From positions 7,168,001-7,232,000 of the forward strand of contig CBDBDQ010000005.1 of assembly GCA_965203905.1 (NCBI GenBank): a stretch of 64,000 nt of DNA, given 5' to 3'. Positions 18,101 to 25,564 of this stretch are shown piece by piece. The stretch comes from Spirochaetia bacterium. Lineage in GTDB: Bacteria; Spirochaetota; Spirochaetia; SZUA-6; Bin103. The notes under the pieces are model-generated. The model was given only the letters and a program-made list of their open reading frames with translations, was not told the DNA's origin and made no database searches. The position numbers were made by a program, and so were the translations under genes. Within the stretch, counting starts at the first letter, position 1, and each line of letters opens with the position of its first letter.

Positions 18101-19260
18101 GACACCGGCGCGAAGGTGCGCCGCTGCATCATCAGCACCACCTTGAGCAGGGCGCAGCCGAACGCCGCGGCCTCCATGTGGCCGACGTTGCTCTTGACGC
18201 CGGACACGCGCAGCGGTGCTTCCCGGCCGCTGCCGCCGAACGCCTCGCCGATGGCGTTGCCCTCGATGCGGTCGCCGACCACGGTGCCGGTGGCGTGCGC
18301 CTCGACGTAGTCGAAATCCTCCGGCGTGCGGCCGGCACGCGCGCTGGCCTCCCGCATCAGTCCCACCTGAGCGTGGCGGGTGGGGGCGGTGATGTAGCGC
18401 CCCTGCGCCAGGCCGACGCTGCCGTCGGCCGCACCGGCGGCGTTCACGGCGGTCGCCTCGACGACCGCGTGGATCGGATCGCCGTCGCGTTCCGCCGCCG
18501 CCAGCGGCTTGATTGCGAACACGAAGGCCCCTTCCGAGCGCAGGTAGCCGTTGGCGTCCGCGTCGAAGGAGTGGCATTTGCCCTCGGGACTGATCACCCC
18601 GAGCGCATTGAAGCCGGCGCTCTGCCGGGACGATCCCAGGTAGCTGGCCGTCGCGACCACAGCCTGCTCGCAGTCGCCGGTGCGCAGCGCGTTCAGTGCA
18701 TCGTGCAGTGCGGTCAGGCTGGCGGAGCAGGCCGTGCAGCACGTCAGCGAGGGACCCATCAGGTTGAAATGGTAGGAAATGCGATTGGCGAGCATGGCCA
18801 GGCTGATGCTGGGGACGGTGAACTCATTGGAGCCGAGCGGCGACCGCCAGTTGGAATGGGAAGGCACCTGCGCGCCGACGAACACGCCGGTGCGGCTGTT
18901 GTGCAGCGCGTGCAGGTCCCAACCGGCGCGCTCGCAGGTCTCCCAGGTACAGGTCAGCAGCATGCGCACGTGCGGATCGGCGGTGAGCATCTCATTGTGC
19001 GACATACCGAACAGGTTGCGGTCGAACAGCATTTCGCGCCCGTCGCGGATCAGCCCCTCGTAGGGACTGGCTAACCGGCCGGGCCCGGAGAATTTGCCGA
19101 TCGGCCGGAAGCCACGATCGTAGCGGTCGACGATCGGCTCGCGCACGATCTCGCGCTCGCTGAGCAGCCTCCAGAAGTCGTCGTCGGAAACGATTCCGCC
19201 GGGCATGCGATGGCTGTACCCGACGATCGCCACCGGTTCGTGGGCGTGCGGCGCTTTCAT
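12148..19260 (-). CDS. swfA: Monomodular type I PKS/FAS (KS-AT-DH-[linker]-ER-KR-ACP), SwfA-like
   Basis: KS CTACSAS, EAHATGT, KSNVGH; AT FTGQGTQW, QCALVEL, GHSSG, AFHS; DH HRVHHASIMP; ER LVHSAMGGVG; KR TGAFGGFG, NYSAAN; ACP GLTSIS; no TE. Confidence 0.92.
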   Translation of the reverse strand: MKAPHAHEPVAIVGYSHRMPGGIVSDDDFWRLLSEREIVREPIVDRYDRGFRPIGKFSGPGRLASPYEGLIRDGREMLFDRNLFGMSHNEMLTADPHVRMLLTCTWETCERAGWDLHALHNSRTGVFVGAQVPSHSNWRSPLGSNEFTVPSISLAMLANRISYHFNLMGPSLTCCTACSASLTALHDALNALRTGDCEQAVVATASYLGSSRQSAGFNALGVISPEGKCHSFDADANGYLRSEGAFVFAIKPLAAAERDGDPIHAVVEATAVNAAGAADGSVGLAQGRYITAPTRHAQVGLMREASARAGRTPEDFDYVEAHATGTVVGDRIEGNAIGEAFGGSGREAPLRVSGVKSNVGHMEAAAFGCALLKVVLMMQRRTFAPVSRNHLVPNPEIDFDGLGMQVQTECEPFPDHPVVVGINSFGFGGSNGHCVVREYRPEQPRIWSLPLAPRAGYLVPLSARTGGSLVESARRLQQALDAPPADLYTLAGNLSRRRTHFAVRAAFAVHDTEQLKEALDAFVENSEPVATVDEGRRRLLMVFTGQGTQWAGCGRALYDAHPVFRRAVDAIEEQWLEHSDTSLRAAAFEAPQAELNECRLAQPVTYMLQCALVELFKTWGVYPDCVVGHSSGEVAAAYASGALPLAEATRLVYHRATLQQRTAGSGRMLPIGLDLAGVERLLHELEIPFRAENGAAPPVEIACENAPASTVICGREEALRPVVEELERRNLQHRLLPGNIAFHSAAMDQLEEDAHEALSFLNDAEFDAAVPFVSAVTGKRTERLDNAYWWTNIRRRVRFATALETAVRDFRPDVVLELAPHSALQSSIVQCLESNASSAVSIPTLRRDIDVCLGFHEALGALFRAGVELDFAAQYPRPEPVAHLLPGYPRSEQTAADEMSDDEMFLQAAEYAHGPLIGHRVPCDHLLFEGRLSERDFPWLAEHRVHHASIMPAAGYIELLLQAFGGAPLYVETLEFLQPCPIPRTPVRLQTELFPVTGAPGHYTFTISSRAYDVDAKSELHSRGTLRLVSDDHPVTGPQRLADIDSSRFEPYYYVGETDFYERLEASLGETFQYGPHFRNIQRVLWEDSTANYLFDVEMDQQLWLDGREEGYVVNPALLDGALQIFLYHLLHATDIFSMPRRAVGLTFLRPPTGPRLTCYVEKEPDWADVNELGQYTERRGDRSGGSIRVYDGATGELVLSIDAYLSFNSNPSWNDRPHSKHAVSWQPKFVPEARSLLPRLAGGDEDEIDPAALIAALEQRYACHVIEVAGMRAPEQAIVNRCLDYLGSAPAQTEYWLLGNTDELVRAHYDAYHNRDAALRFAVLDPAADRALELNTGLLRPHAAEILLLHDEAAAYGPEQWRLLRRLAVPGGLALVCHDGGTAAADSGNCDASEPGSGWDAGGWSTVRCGRRATLLQAPLATPEAAEPPQLAAPRWVIGEPGSLADEWLARLEQVGSPAAAIPYAELADDRVAELADWPHAADLRAIDFLCGDHPDDPTGEKLAWRLVAFVKALIPYRVAQAQAQCRLTVVTRQAVFEVNEPRASAVWGALRAITEEVAADAGTAARIDFRLVDLGAREDLDALARLDGCDLRERELAIRGNRFWVPRLVSLRERFAHVPAGEDAAYRLSLDNPGQIGGLQMKSYEPAPLGAHDVEIEVAAAALNFRDVMVTLGLLPSSSFERSALGRTVGLEASGVVRRAGESVRTCRVGDAVVFTQGGCIANRAVVKDYLVFVKPEALSMEHAASVLSVYVTAYYSLIHLARLRKGQRVLVHSAMGGVGQAAIALARHAGAEIYATAGSESKREQLRELGVQAAFDSHSLDWYDELLAATGGEGVDVVLNSLAGRHIALCLEALRPGGWHCEIGKVDIYADNALSLSVFRKNLRFAAVDVDRLMNDDPYLTRELSQECLDLLEQGAVPPLPITTFPYRDYEEPLRLMTTGQHTGKLVLQAPPAAADDSHDPLSVADLRPYLDSEATYLVTGAFGGFGRLLLPYLATAGARHITLLDRNPQHGRSADWLRKTSALFYLSDDIEIDIVAGDVAEETDVRRCIATLGRPLKGVFHLAGALDDCLLADLTPESLAKVFAPKARGALNLHRATADCDLDHFVLFSSIASTLGNPGQINYSAANGFVDGLAALRRGQGLPALSYNLAAVAEAGMAARNLHVLRMSRAGGVPPISADFAITNLDYAMRAMGDRDHLVTALFSRPPWTVDSPDYLRTGRVLSNQDAFAVDAGGLLTQEAVVEQIAAKVAELCGHDEGSPEEPLSSFGLTSISVAELGAFIRMQFNYQVSALELMTTATCLSLAEAIMLGDQGGDDEEAGAETAGAQQAEAEIPPARRVPSVFGSTPADHFPNGAAATADSLTKPS

Positions 19261-19305
19261 ATCGGTGTTGTTGCTCCTAGTCCGTACCGGTCTTGGCCTT
19301 GCGTA

Positions 19306-19623
19306 CTAACCGGAACGCGAACCCTTGAATGTCGCCAGTCGCTGCCGCGGGCCATCGACGGTACCGCTGATGTTGTCGCCGTCGACTATCGCCGTGTACG
19401 TGATCGTGCGTTCACGCCGAATCACCGGCAGCGTCACGTTCGACTCCCAGCGGACCGCGTTGTTCTTGACCTTGCCGTTGTCGAACTCAAGCGTGCGCTT
19501 GTGCTTGTCGCCGGCCAGTGAGCCGGCGGCGGTCGCACCGTCGGTCTTGAGCGTCAACCGTGCGGTCCGGTTGCCCCGGACGGTCTCAAACTCCAGGTCC
19601 CAGACGCCGTCCATCTCGCTCAT
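19306..19623 (-). CDS. Small all-beta hypothetical protein upstream of the PKS
   Basis: Strong AAAGGAAAGG RBS; DGVWDL start and alternating beta-strand pattern ending FKGSR. Confidence 0.7.
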   Translation of the reverse strand: MSEMDGVWDLEFETVRGNRTARLTLKTDGATAAGSLAGDKHKRTLEFDNGKVKNNAVRWESNVTLPVIRRERTITYTAIVDGDNISGTVDGPRQRLATFKGSRSG

Positions 19624-19794
19624 CACTTACCTTTCCTTTTGTAACGGGTTTCCAGTTATGATCGTGCAAAAGACAGGGAAATTCAATACCGATTGCACTT
19701 TGCACCGCGTGAATCATGTCGCGATAGTTGCGCTGCACGAGCGCAGACCAGCACATCGGCGACGTATCCATGGCGCATGTGCGTGTGCCTACTG

Positions 19795-19803
19795 TGCTAT
19801 GAT
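19795..19803 (+). promoter_or_regulatory. Extended -10 promoter element for the permease
   Basis: TG-C-TATGAT 20 nt upstream of ATG 19824, in an AT-richer divergent intergenic region. Confidence 0.45.
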
Positions 19804-19823
19804 CCTGGCGCGTCAGTCGTCGC

Positions 19824-21584
19824 ATGTCAGCAGACCGGAATCAGGACAACATCCCCGAGCAGGATGTCCGCTTCGAGCCGGACGAGAGTCCGCGCCCACT
19901 GCTGGCCCTCGGTCTGGCCGCGCAGTACGCCACGCTGTATCTCGCCAGCATGGTGGTCACCGTGCTGGTCGTGGTGCGCAGCGCCGGCCTGGAGGACTCC
20001 TACCTGTCGTGGGCGGTGTTCGCGGGCCTGATCGTGAGCGGCCTGACCACGATGCTGCAGACGGCTCGGCGGCCGCGGATGGGCTCGGGTCATCTCCTGG
20101 TGATGGGTCCTTCCGGCGCCTTCATCGCCGTTGCCATCACCGCACTGGTGGAGGGCGGTCCCGCGCTGCTCGCCACCCTCGTCATGCTGTCATCGTTGGC
20201 GCAGTTCAGGATCGCGCGCCGCCTGTACACCCTGCGGCGGGTGATTACGCCGACGGTGTCGAGTACCGTCATCATGCTGATCCCGGTCACGCTGGCGCCG
20301 GTCATCTTCGACCTGTTCGCGCGGACGCCAACGGACGCGTCGGCCGCGGCGGCGCCGCTGGCTGGAGGCGCGACGCTGGCGGTGATGATGGTCCTGACCT
20401 TGCGCACGCGCGGCCTGGCGCGGCTGTGGGCTCCGGTCGTGGGCGTGCTGTGCGGGTGTGTGGTGGGAGCGGCGTTCGGCATCTACGACGTGCAGCGGGT
20501 CATGGACGCGGCCTGGATCGGGATTCCCCGTTTTGCCGCGTGGCCCGGGCTCGACTTCCCTGCCCTGCGCCACTATTTCTGGCTCATACCATCGTTCAGC
20601 TTCGCCGCCGTGGTCGGTGCCATCGAGACGGTGGGCGATGCGGTCGCCATTCAGAAGATCTCCTGGCGCCAGCCGCGGGCGACCGACTACCGCCGGGTGC
20701 AGGGCGCCGTGGCCGCCGACGGCATCGGCAACCTGCTCTCCGGTCTCGCCGGCACGCTGCCGACCACTACCTATTCCACCAGCGTCGCCATGGCCGAGAT
20801 CACGGGTGTTGCGGCGCGGCGCGTAGGCGTATTCGCCGGCCTGGTGTTCCTGGTGCTGGCGTTCTTCCCGAAGATCGCCTCCCTGATACTTGCGATTCCC
20901 AGTCCGGTCGCCGGCGCTTTCACGCTGGCACTGGCGTCGGTGCTGTTCACCCTGGGCCTGAGGCTCGCCGTCGCCTCCGGGCTGGATTACCGCAAGAGCG
21001 CGATCGTGGGGATTTCGTTCTGGGTGGGGGTCGGATTCCAGAACGGCTGGATATTTCCGGAGCTGGTGGTGGGACGCTGGGCCCTGCTGCTGGGCAACGG
21101 CATGACGGCGGGCGGCATCATGGCGATCATCCTGTCGCTGATCCTGGAGCCGCCCGGGCGCTGGCGTCGGCGCACGCTGGACCTGGACCGGGCCGCGATC
21201 ACCGCCGTGGACCAGTTCGTGGTGAGCCTGGCGTCACAGCGCGGCTGGAGCGAGCGCGCCAAGAACCCGTTACGGGCCGCCTGCGAAGAAGTGGTCCTTT
21301 TGCTCAAGGGCGAAGACGATCCGTTCGCGGACGAGGACGCGCAGCCGCGTCGGCGCCTGAGAGTCTCGGCGCGCGTCGCGCGCGATCTCGCGGACCTGGA
21401 GTTCGTCGCCGGCTCGGGATGGGGCAACATCGAAGACGAGATCGCGACTCTCGGCGAGCCTGACGACTCGATCACGGGATCTGACAGCTCGCTGCGCCTG
21501 CTGCGCCACTACGCCTCGTCCGTGCGCCACCAGAAGTACCGCAAGACTGACGTGGTGACGATCTCGGTGAAGCGCGGCGACTGA
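19824..21584 (+). CDS. NCS2 (xanthine/uracil) family permease with extra C-terminal soluble domain
   Basis: E.P..LALGLAAQ, TTMLQ, IETVGD, ADGIGNLLSGLAG..P.TTYS..V..ITGVAARRVG, FFPK; about 150-aa hydrophilic tail. Confidence 0.85.
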   Translation: MSADRNQDNIPEQDVRFEPDESPRPLLALGLAAQYATLYLASMVVTVLVVVRSAGLEDSYLSWAVFAGLIVSGLTTMLQTARRPRMGSGHLLVMGPSGAFIAVAITALVEGGPALLATLVMLSSLAQFRIARRLYTLRRVITPTVSSTVIMLIPVTLAPVIFDLFARTPTDASAAAAPLAGGATLAVMMVLTLRTRGLARLWAPVVGVLCGCVVGAAFGIYDVQRVMDAAWIGIPRFAAWPGLDFPALRHYFWLIPSFSFAAVVGAIETVGDAVAIQKISWRQPRATDYRRVQGAVAADGIGNLLSGLAGTLPTTTYSTSVAMAEITGVAARRVGVFAGLVFLVLAFFPKIASLILAIPSPVAGAFTLALASVLFTLGLRLAVASGLDYRKSAIVGISFWVGVGFQNGWIFPELVVGRWALLLGNGMTAGGIMAIILSLILEPPGRWRRRTLDLDRAAITAVDQFVVSLASQRGWSERAKNPLRAACEEVVLLLKGEDDPFADEDAQPRRRLRVSARVARDLADLEFVAGSGWGNIEDEIATLGEPDDSITGSDSSLRLLRHYASSVRHQKYRKTDVVTISVKRGD

Positions 21585-21591
21585 CCGCGAG

Positions 21592-21632
21592 CGGCCGGCG
21601 GCAGCCCCCTTGCGGGGCACGCCAGCCGGCCG
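21592..21632. terminator. GC-rich stem-loop between convergent genes, putative terminator
   Basis: CGGCCGGC-GGC-A-GCCCC / GGGGC-AC-GCC-A-GCCGGCCG imperfect inverted repeat; no U-tract. Confidence 0.4.
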
Positions 21633-21675
21633 AATTCGCGGCGGATTGCGTGCGTTGCTCGGTGTGGGCGAGTTG

Positions 21676-22047
21676 CTATAGTGCAGCCTCAATGTCCGCG
21701 GCGCTCCGCTCCAGGCGCTCGGCAAACGCGGCCAGCCCCGGCGCGCTCTCCTTCAGCGCCGCCCGGTCCGGGTTGAAGGCCACGCTCCACGCCTTGAGAC
21801 CCGCCAGCGCCAGCTCCGCGTTGTCGCGGTCCACCTCGACACTGTCGGACGCCGCATCGGAACGCTCCAGCAGCGCTCCCAGGCGTGCGGAGGAACTGTC
21901 GAGCCGGTCGACGAAGGCGGCCAGTCCCGGCGCGCCCTTCTGGATCGCGCTGGCGTCCGGATTGAAAGCCGAACGTATCTTCCTGACCGCGCCCAACAAC
22001 GACTCTACGTCTTCACGCCTGAACGTGATGCTTCCTGATCCTCCCAT
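21676..22047 (-). CDS. Hypothetical helical protein made of two internal repeats
   Basis: AFNPDASAIQKGAPGLAAFVDRLD and AFNPDRAALKESAPGLAAFAERLE; purine-rich RBS. Confidence 0.7.
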   Translation of the reverse strand: MGGSGSITFRREDVESLLGAVRKIRSAFNPDASAIQKGAPGLAAFVDRLDSSSARLGALLERSDAASDSVEVDRDNAELALAGLKAWSVAFNPDRAALKESAPGLAAFAERLERSAADIEAAL

Positions 22048-22198
22048 TCTCCCTCTCCTCGATGCTGATGGTATACTTGGTTGGTACCTCGCGAGGCCAC
22101 GCTGTCATGCGCATCCGCGGTACGGCCCCAACCATCGCCGCAACCGGGCTTCGCTGTCAAGATAGTGTACCCGTAGTTCAGCTACTTCTCCGGAATGG

Positions 22199-22675
22199 CT
22201 ACGCGCGGGGCCCGGCGATGGGCGCGATGCGCGGCCGCTCCATGGCCTCCCAGTCGGCATAGCGCATCTGCACCGAGTGGCGGTGACTGCCGGCGTTGAA
22301 GTTGATCTGCTCGTTGTCGGCCAGCCCGAGGTCGCACACCGTTTCCAGGTCGAACAGGCTGCCGAACGGCGGCACCGCGCCGGGTGTGAGCCCGGTGAGC
22401 TCCAGCAGCTCGTCGCGCGAGGCGAAGCGGATGCGCCGGCTGCCGACGGCGGCGCGCAGCGCCCGGCTGTCCAGTGCACGATCCGCCGGCAGCACCGCCA
22501 GCAGGAAGCGGTCACCGCCTTTCAGCACCAGCGCCTTGGCGCCGCTGTGCAGCGGCGCGCCCCGCACCGCGGCCGCCTCCTCGCTGGTCCTTACCGCGGC
22601 ATGCTCACTCTCGGTGAACACAACCCCGGCCTCCTGCAGCCGGGCCAGCAGTCGGTCGCGCACCGCGGCAGCCAT
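22199..22675 (-). CDS. YbaK/ProX-family aminoacyl-tRNA deacylase
   Basis: H..VRTSEEAA, AKALV, TGLTPGAVPPFG, FNAG. Confidence 0.88.
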   Translation of the reverse strand: MAAAVRDRLLARLQEAGVVFTESEHAAVRTSEEAAAVRGAPLHSGAKALVLKGGDRFLLAVLPADRALDSRALRAAVGSRRIRFASRDELLELTGLTPGAVPPFGSLFDLETVCDLGLADNEQINFNAGSHRHSVQMRYADWEAMERPRIAPIAGPRA

Positions 22676-22681
22676 GGGCTG

Positions 22682-23983
22682 CTAGGCGGGCTGCCGGTAC
22701 AGCGTGCCGGCGGCGAACGCTTGCTCGAACTCCTCGTTCGAGGCGAAGCGCCAGCCGAAGGCGCGGTCCCAGATGGACGGCTTCTCCATGCACAGGTACA
22801 GGAACACGCGCCCGCGCCACGGCGCCAGCGCGCGGTACATGGTTTGGAACATCTCCACCTTCAGGTCGTCGGGATAGGTCAGCTTGCCGTGGGGATCCTT
22901 GACCAGCCGCGTCTGCAGGATCCGGGTCGGTTCGCCACGACGCCTGATCTCCCTGATCACGGGCTTGATGAAGGTGACCGAGCCGAACGAAACGAACAGC
23001 ACCTCGGCCGGGTCGAAGCACTCCATGAGGCGCCCGGCCAGCGCCGGATAGTCGTGCTCCCAGCCGGCGTAGTGGACCATGGGATGGAAGTGGAAGGCCA
23101 CCTTGACGCCGCCGTCCGCAATCCGCCGTGCCGCGCGCAGGCGCTGATCCAGCGAGGCGGTGAAGTGCTCCTCGTGCTCCACCACCGGATCGGTGTTGAG
23201 GGACCAGCTGCACACCACGTTCGGCGGCACGCGGCGCCCCGGCTCCAGGAACCAGGTGACGTTCGCCGACTTGGTCTTGAACTCCAGCAGCACGTCCGGC
23301 TGCTGCGCCGCGAATCCGCACAGATCATCCAGGATGCCGCCGCGGTTGCCCCAGACCAGCGAATCGGAAGACTGCCCGGTGCCGACGTGGTAGAAGCGTC
23401 CGGGCTCCAACTCCAGCCGGCGCAGCTTGGCGCCCAGGTCGGGGTCCAACGCCACGCGGTCGCCGTAGAAAGTCTGGATGGTGCAGTAGCTGCAGCCGAA
23501 GGCACAGTTCTTGACCGCGTCGATGGTCTTCAGATTGCAGCACAGGGTACGCTCCGAGCGCACCGGACAGTCCCCGAACACCTCCTCGTCAGGGTCGCCG
23601 GCGACCACGTGCAGCGGCGGGCGCTGCGGCTGCGCTGACCCCGCCGCCGGATAGCGCGTGGGCGACTCGCGCAGGCCGTCGGTGTGCTCGCGGAGGCGCC
23701 GCAGGAGCTGCCGCTTGCGGGTCCGGGCCGGTCCCGACGCCGGCACCTCCGCTTCCGCATCCCGCCACCATTCCTCCAACCCCGGTTCGCCCCACATCTC
23801 CAGGTCGCGCGCCGCCTCGCACAGCAGCCTCATCTCCTGAACGGTGAGCCGGTAGCGCGCATGCACCATCCTGACTGCGCTCTGCTGTGCAGGCGGCAGG
23901 ACGTCGTACAGCGTGCCGCGGACCAGCTCGGTCCAACGTGCGTCGGGCAGGTGTCGGTTCGGATGCTCGGTGATGACAGCCAT
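22682..23983 (-). CDS. Radical SAM protein, spore-photoproduct-lyase-like family
   Basis: CAFGCSYC motif, GTGQSSDSL, LEFKTKS, WSLN, FHFHP, YLCME. Confidence 0.8.
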   Translation of the reverse strand: MAVITEHPNRHLPDARWTELVRGTLYDVLPPAQQSAVRMVHARYRLTVQEMRLLCEAARDLEMWGEPGLEEWWRDAEAEVPASGPARTRKRQLLRRLREHTDGLRESPTRYPAAGSAQPQRPPLHVVAGDPDEEVFGDCPVRSERTLCCNLKTIDAVKNCAFGCSYCTIQTFYGDRVALDPDLGAKLRRLELEPGRFYHVGTGQSSDSLVWGNRGGILDDLCGFAAQQPDVLLEFKTKSANVTWFLEPGRRVPPNVVCSWSLNTDPVVEHEEHFTASLDQRLRAARRIADGGVKVAFHFHPMVHYAGWEHDYPALAGRLMECFDPAEVLFVSFGSVTFIKPVIREIRRRGEPTRILQTRLVKDPHGKLTYPDDLKVEMFQTMYRALAPWRGRVFLYLCMEKPSIWDRAFGWRFASNEEFEQAFAAGTLYRQPA

Positions 23984-24118
23984 GGGCCCGCTCGAATGAT
24001 ACGATTCGCCGTACCTCTCGGCCAAGCGCTGGAGAGACTATTCGATGCTGCGAAGTGCGTGGGCTGTGCCGACCCGAGGGTTGACGCAGCGGCCCCCCGG
24101 GCGCCAGCATGTCGCCAG

Positions 24119-25564
24119 GTGACCAAGGCACTTTCGGAGGAACGAGGTCTGAGGAGTCGGCGCGCGCTTCCGCCCGGACCGCGTGGAGTACCGTTTGTCG
24201 GCAACGCGCTGCAGTTCCGCCGCGACCCGCTGGGCTTCCTCACCCGCGCGGCGCGCGACCACGGCGATATCGTACGGCTCACCGCCGGCAGGCAGGAACT
24301 GGTGTTCATCAACCACCCGGCCCTGCTGGAGAGCGTGCTCGCCACCAACGCCCGCAGGTTCACCCGCAGCAAGTCGAAGCCGCCCACCCGCCTGGACTAC
24401 TTCCTGGCCGGGGGGGAGGATGTATACCGGGTGATCAACTTCCCCGGCGACGAGGACTTCTGGGTGCGCGAGCGGCATCGCTTCAACCCTTCCCTCAAGG
24501 GCAGCGCGCTGGGCCGCTACGGTCCCACCATGGTGCGCATGGCAGAGCGGCATGCCTCGACCTGGAGCGAGGGTGAGGTGCGCGAGGTGCACCGCGAGAT
24601 GCTGCGCATCACCCTGGACATCGTGCTCAACGCCCTTTACGGGGTCGACTTTCCCGGCGACCGCGAGCACATCCTGGACACCTGCGAGACCATCGTGCGC
24701 GACATCACCCATCGCGCCACCCACCCGTTCCAGGCCCCGCCGATCGTCCCGACGCGGGAGAACCGGGTGCTGCGGAAGGCGGTCGCCGATGGCCGCAGGC
24801 TGGTGGAACGGATCATCCGTGAGCATCCGGAAGTCCACGCCGAGGGGGGCGACCTGATCGACATGCTGGGCCGTGCCGGCGAGCACGAGCCCAATCTGCT
24901 GCAGAACCCGGAGTGGCAGTACCAGATCATTGCCCTGCTCATCGCCGGCCACGAGACCACCGCGGTGGCGCTGACCTGGACCTGGTACCTGCTGGCGCAA
25001 CACCCATCCATCGCCGAACGGCTCTACACCGAGGTGGATAACGTCCTCGACGGCCGCCTGCCGCGCAAGGCCGACCTGGCGGCGCTGCCCTGGTGCGACG
25101 CGGTGTTCAAGGAGGCGCTGCGTCTCTATCCGCCGGTGCCGATCATTCCGCGCATGGCGTACGAGGAGTTCAGCCTCGGCGACTATCCGGTGGCGCCGGG
25201 CAGCGTGGTCCTGATCTGTCCCTGGGTGACCCACCGCGACGAGCGCTTCTTTGCCGCCGCGGAACGGTTCCAGCCGCACCGCTGGCTGGAGGGGCCCGAG
25301 CCGCGGCGTTACACCTACCTGCCCTTCAGCGGCGGCCCGCGCACCTGCATCGGGGCGAGCTTCGCCACCGCCGAGGCGATTCTGGCCATCGCCCGCATCG
25401 CCCAGCAGTACCGCCTGGAGCTGACCGCCGGGGAGGAGCCGCGTCCGGCCCCCTGGGTCGGCCTGCGCCCGCACAACGGCATGCCGATGCAGGTCGCCGC
25501 CCGCACGCGGCCGGTCCGGGCGGCCCACCGAGACTCGGAGCGGCGCGCTACAGATCCAGCATGA
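24119..25564 (+). CDS. Cytochrome P450
   Basis: PPGP, AGHETT, EALRLYPP, FSGGPRTCIG heme motif; start approximate. Confidence 0.92.
   Translation: MTKALSEERGLRSRRALPPGPRGVPFVGNALQFRRDPLGFLTRAARDHGDIVRLTAGRQELVFINHPALLESVLATNARRFTRSKSKPPTRLDYFLAGGEDVYRVINFPGDEDFWVRERHRFNPSLKGSALGRYGPTMVRMAERHASTWSEGEVREVHREMLRITLDIVLNALYGVDFPGDREHILDTCETIVRDITHRATHPFQAPPIVPTRENRVLRKAVADGRRLVERIIREHPEVHAEGGDLIDMLGRAGEHEPNLLQNPEWQYQIIALLIAGHETTAVALTWTWYLLAQHPSIAERLYTEVDNVLDGRLPRKADLAALPWCDAVFKEALRLYPPVPIIPRMAYEEFSLGDYPVAPGSVVLICPWVTHRDERFFAAAERFQPHRWLEGPEPRRYTYLPFSGGPRTCIGASFATAEAILAIARIAQQYRLELTAGEEPRPAPWVGLRPHNGMPMQVAARTRPVRAAHRDSERRATDPA

Noticed and set aside
22682-23983. Radical SAM gene as the missing swfC
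   Set aside because: Motifs fit the spore-photoproduct-lyase-like family, and it is separated from swfA by other transcription units.
24119-25564. P450 as a tailoring enzyme of the PKS
   Set aside because: About 5 kb away, on the opposite strand, with unrelated genes between; only proximity supports it.
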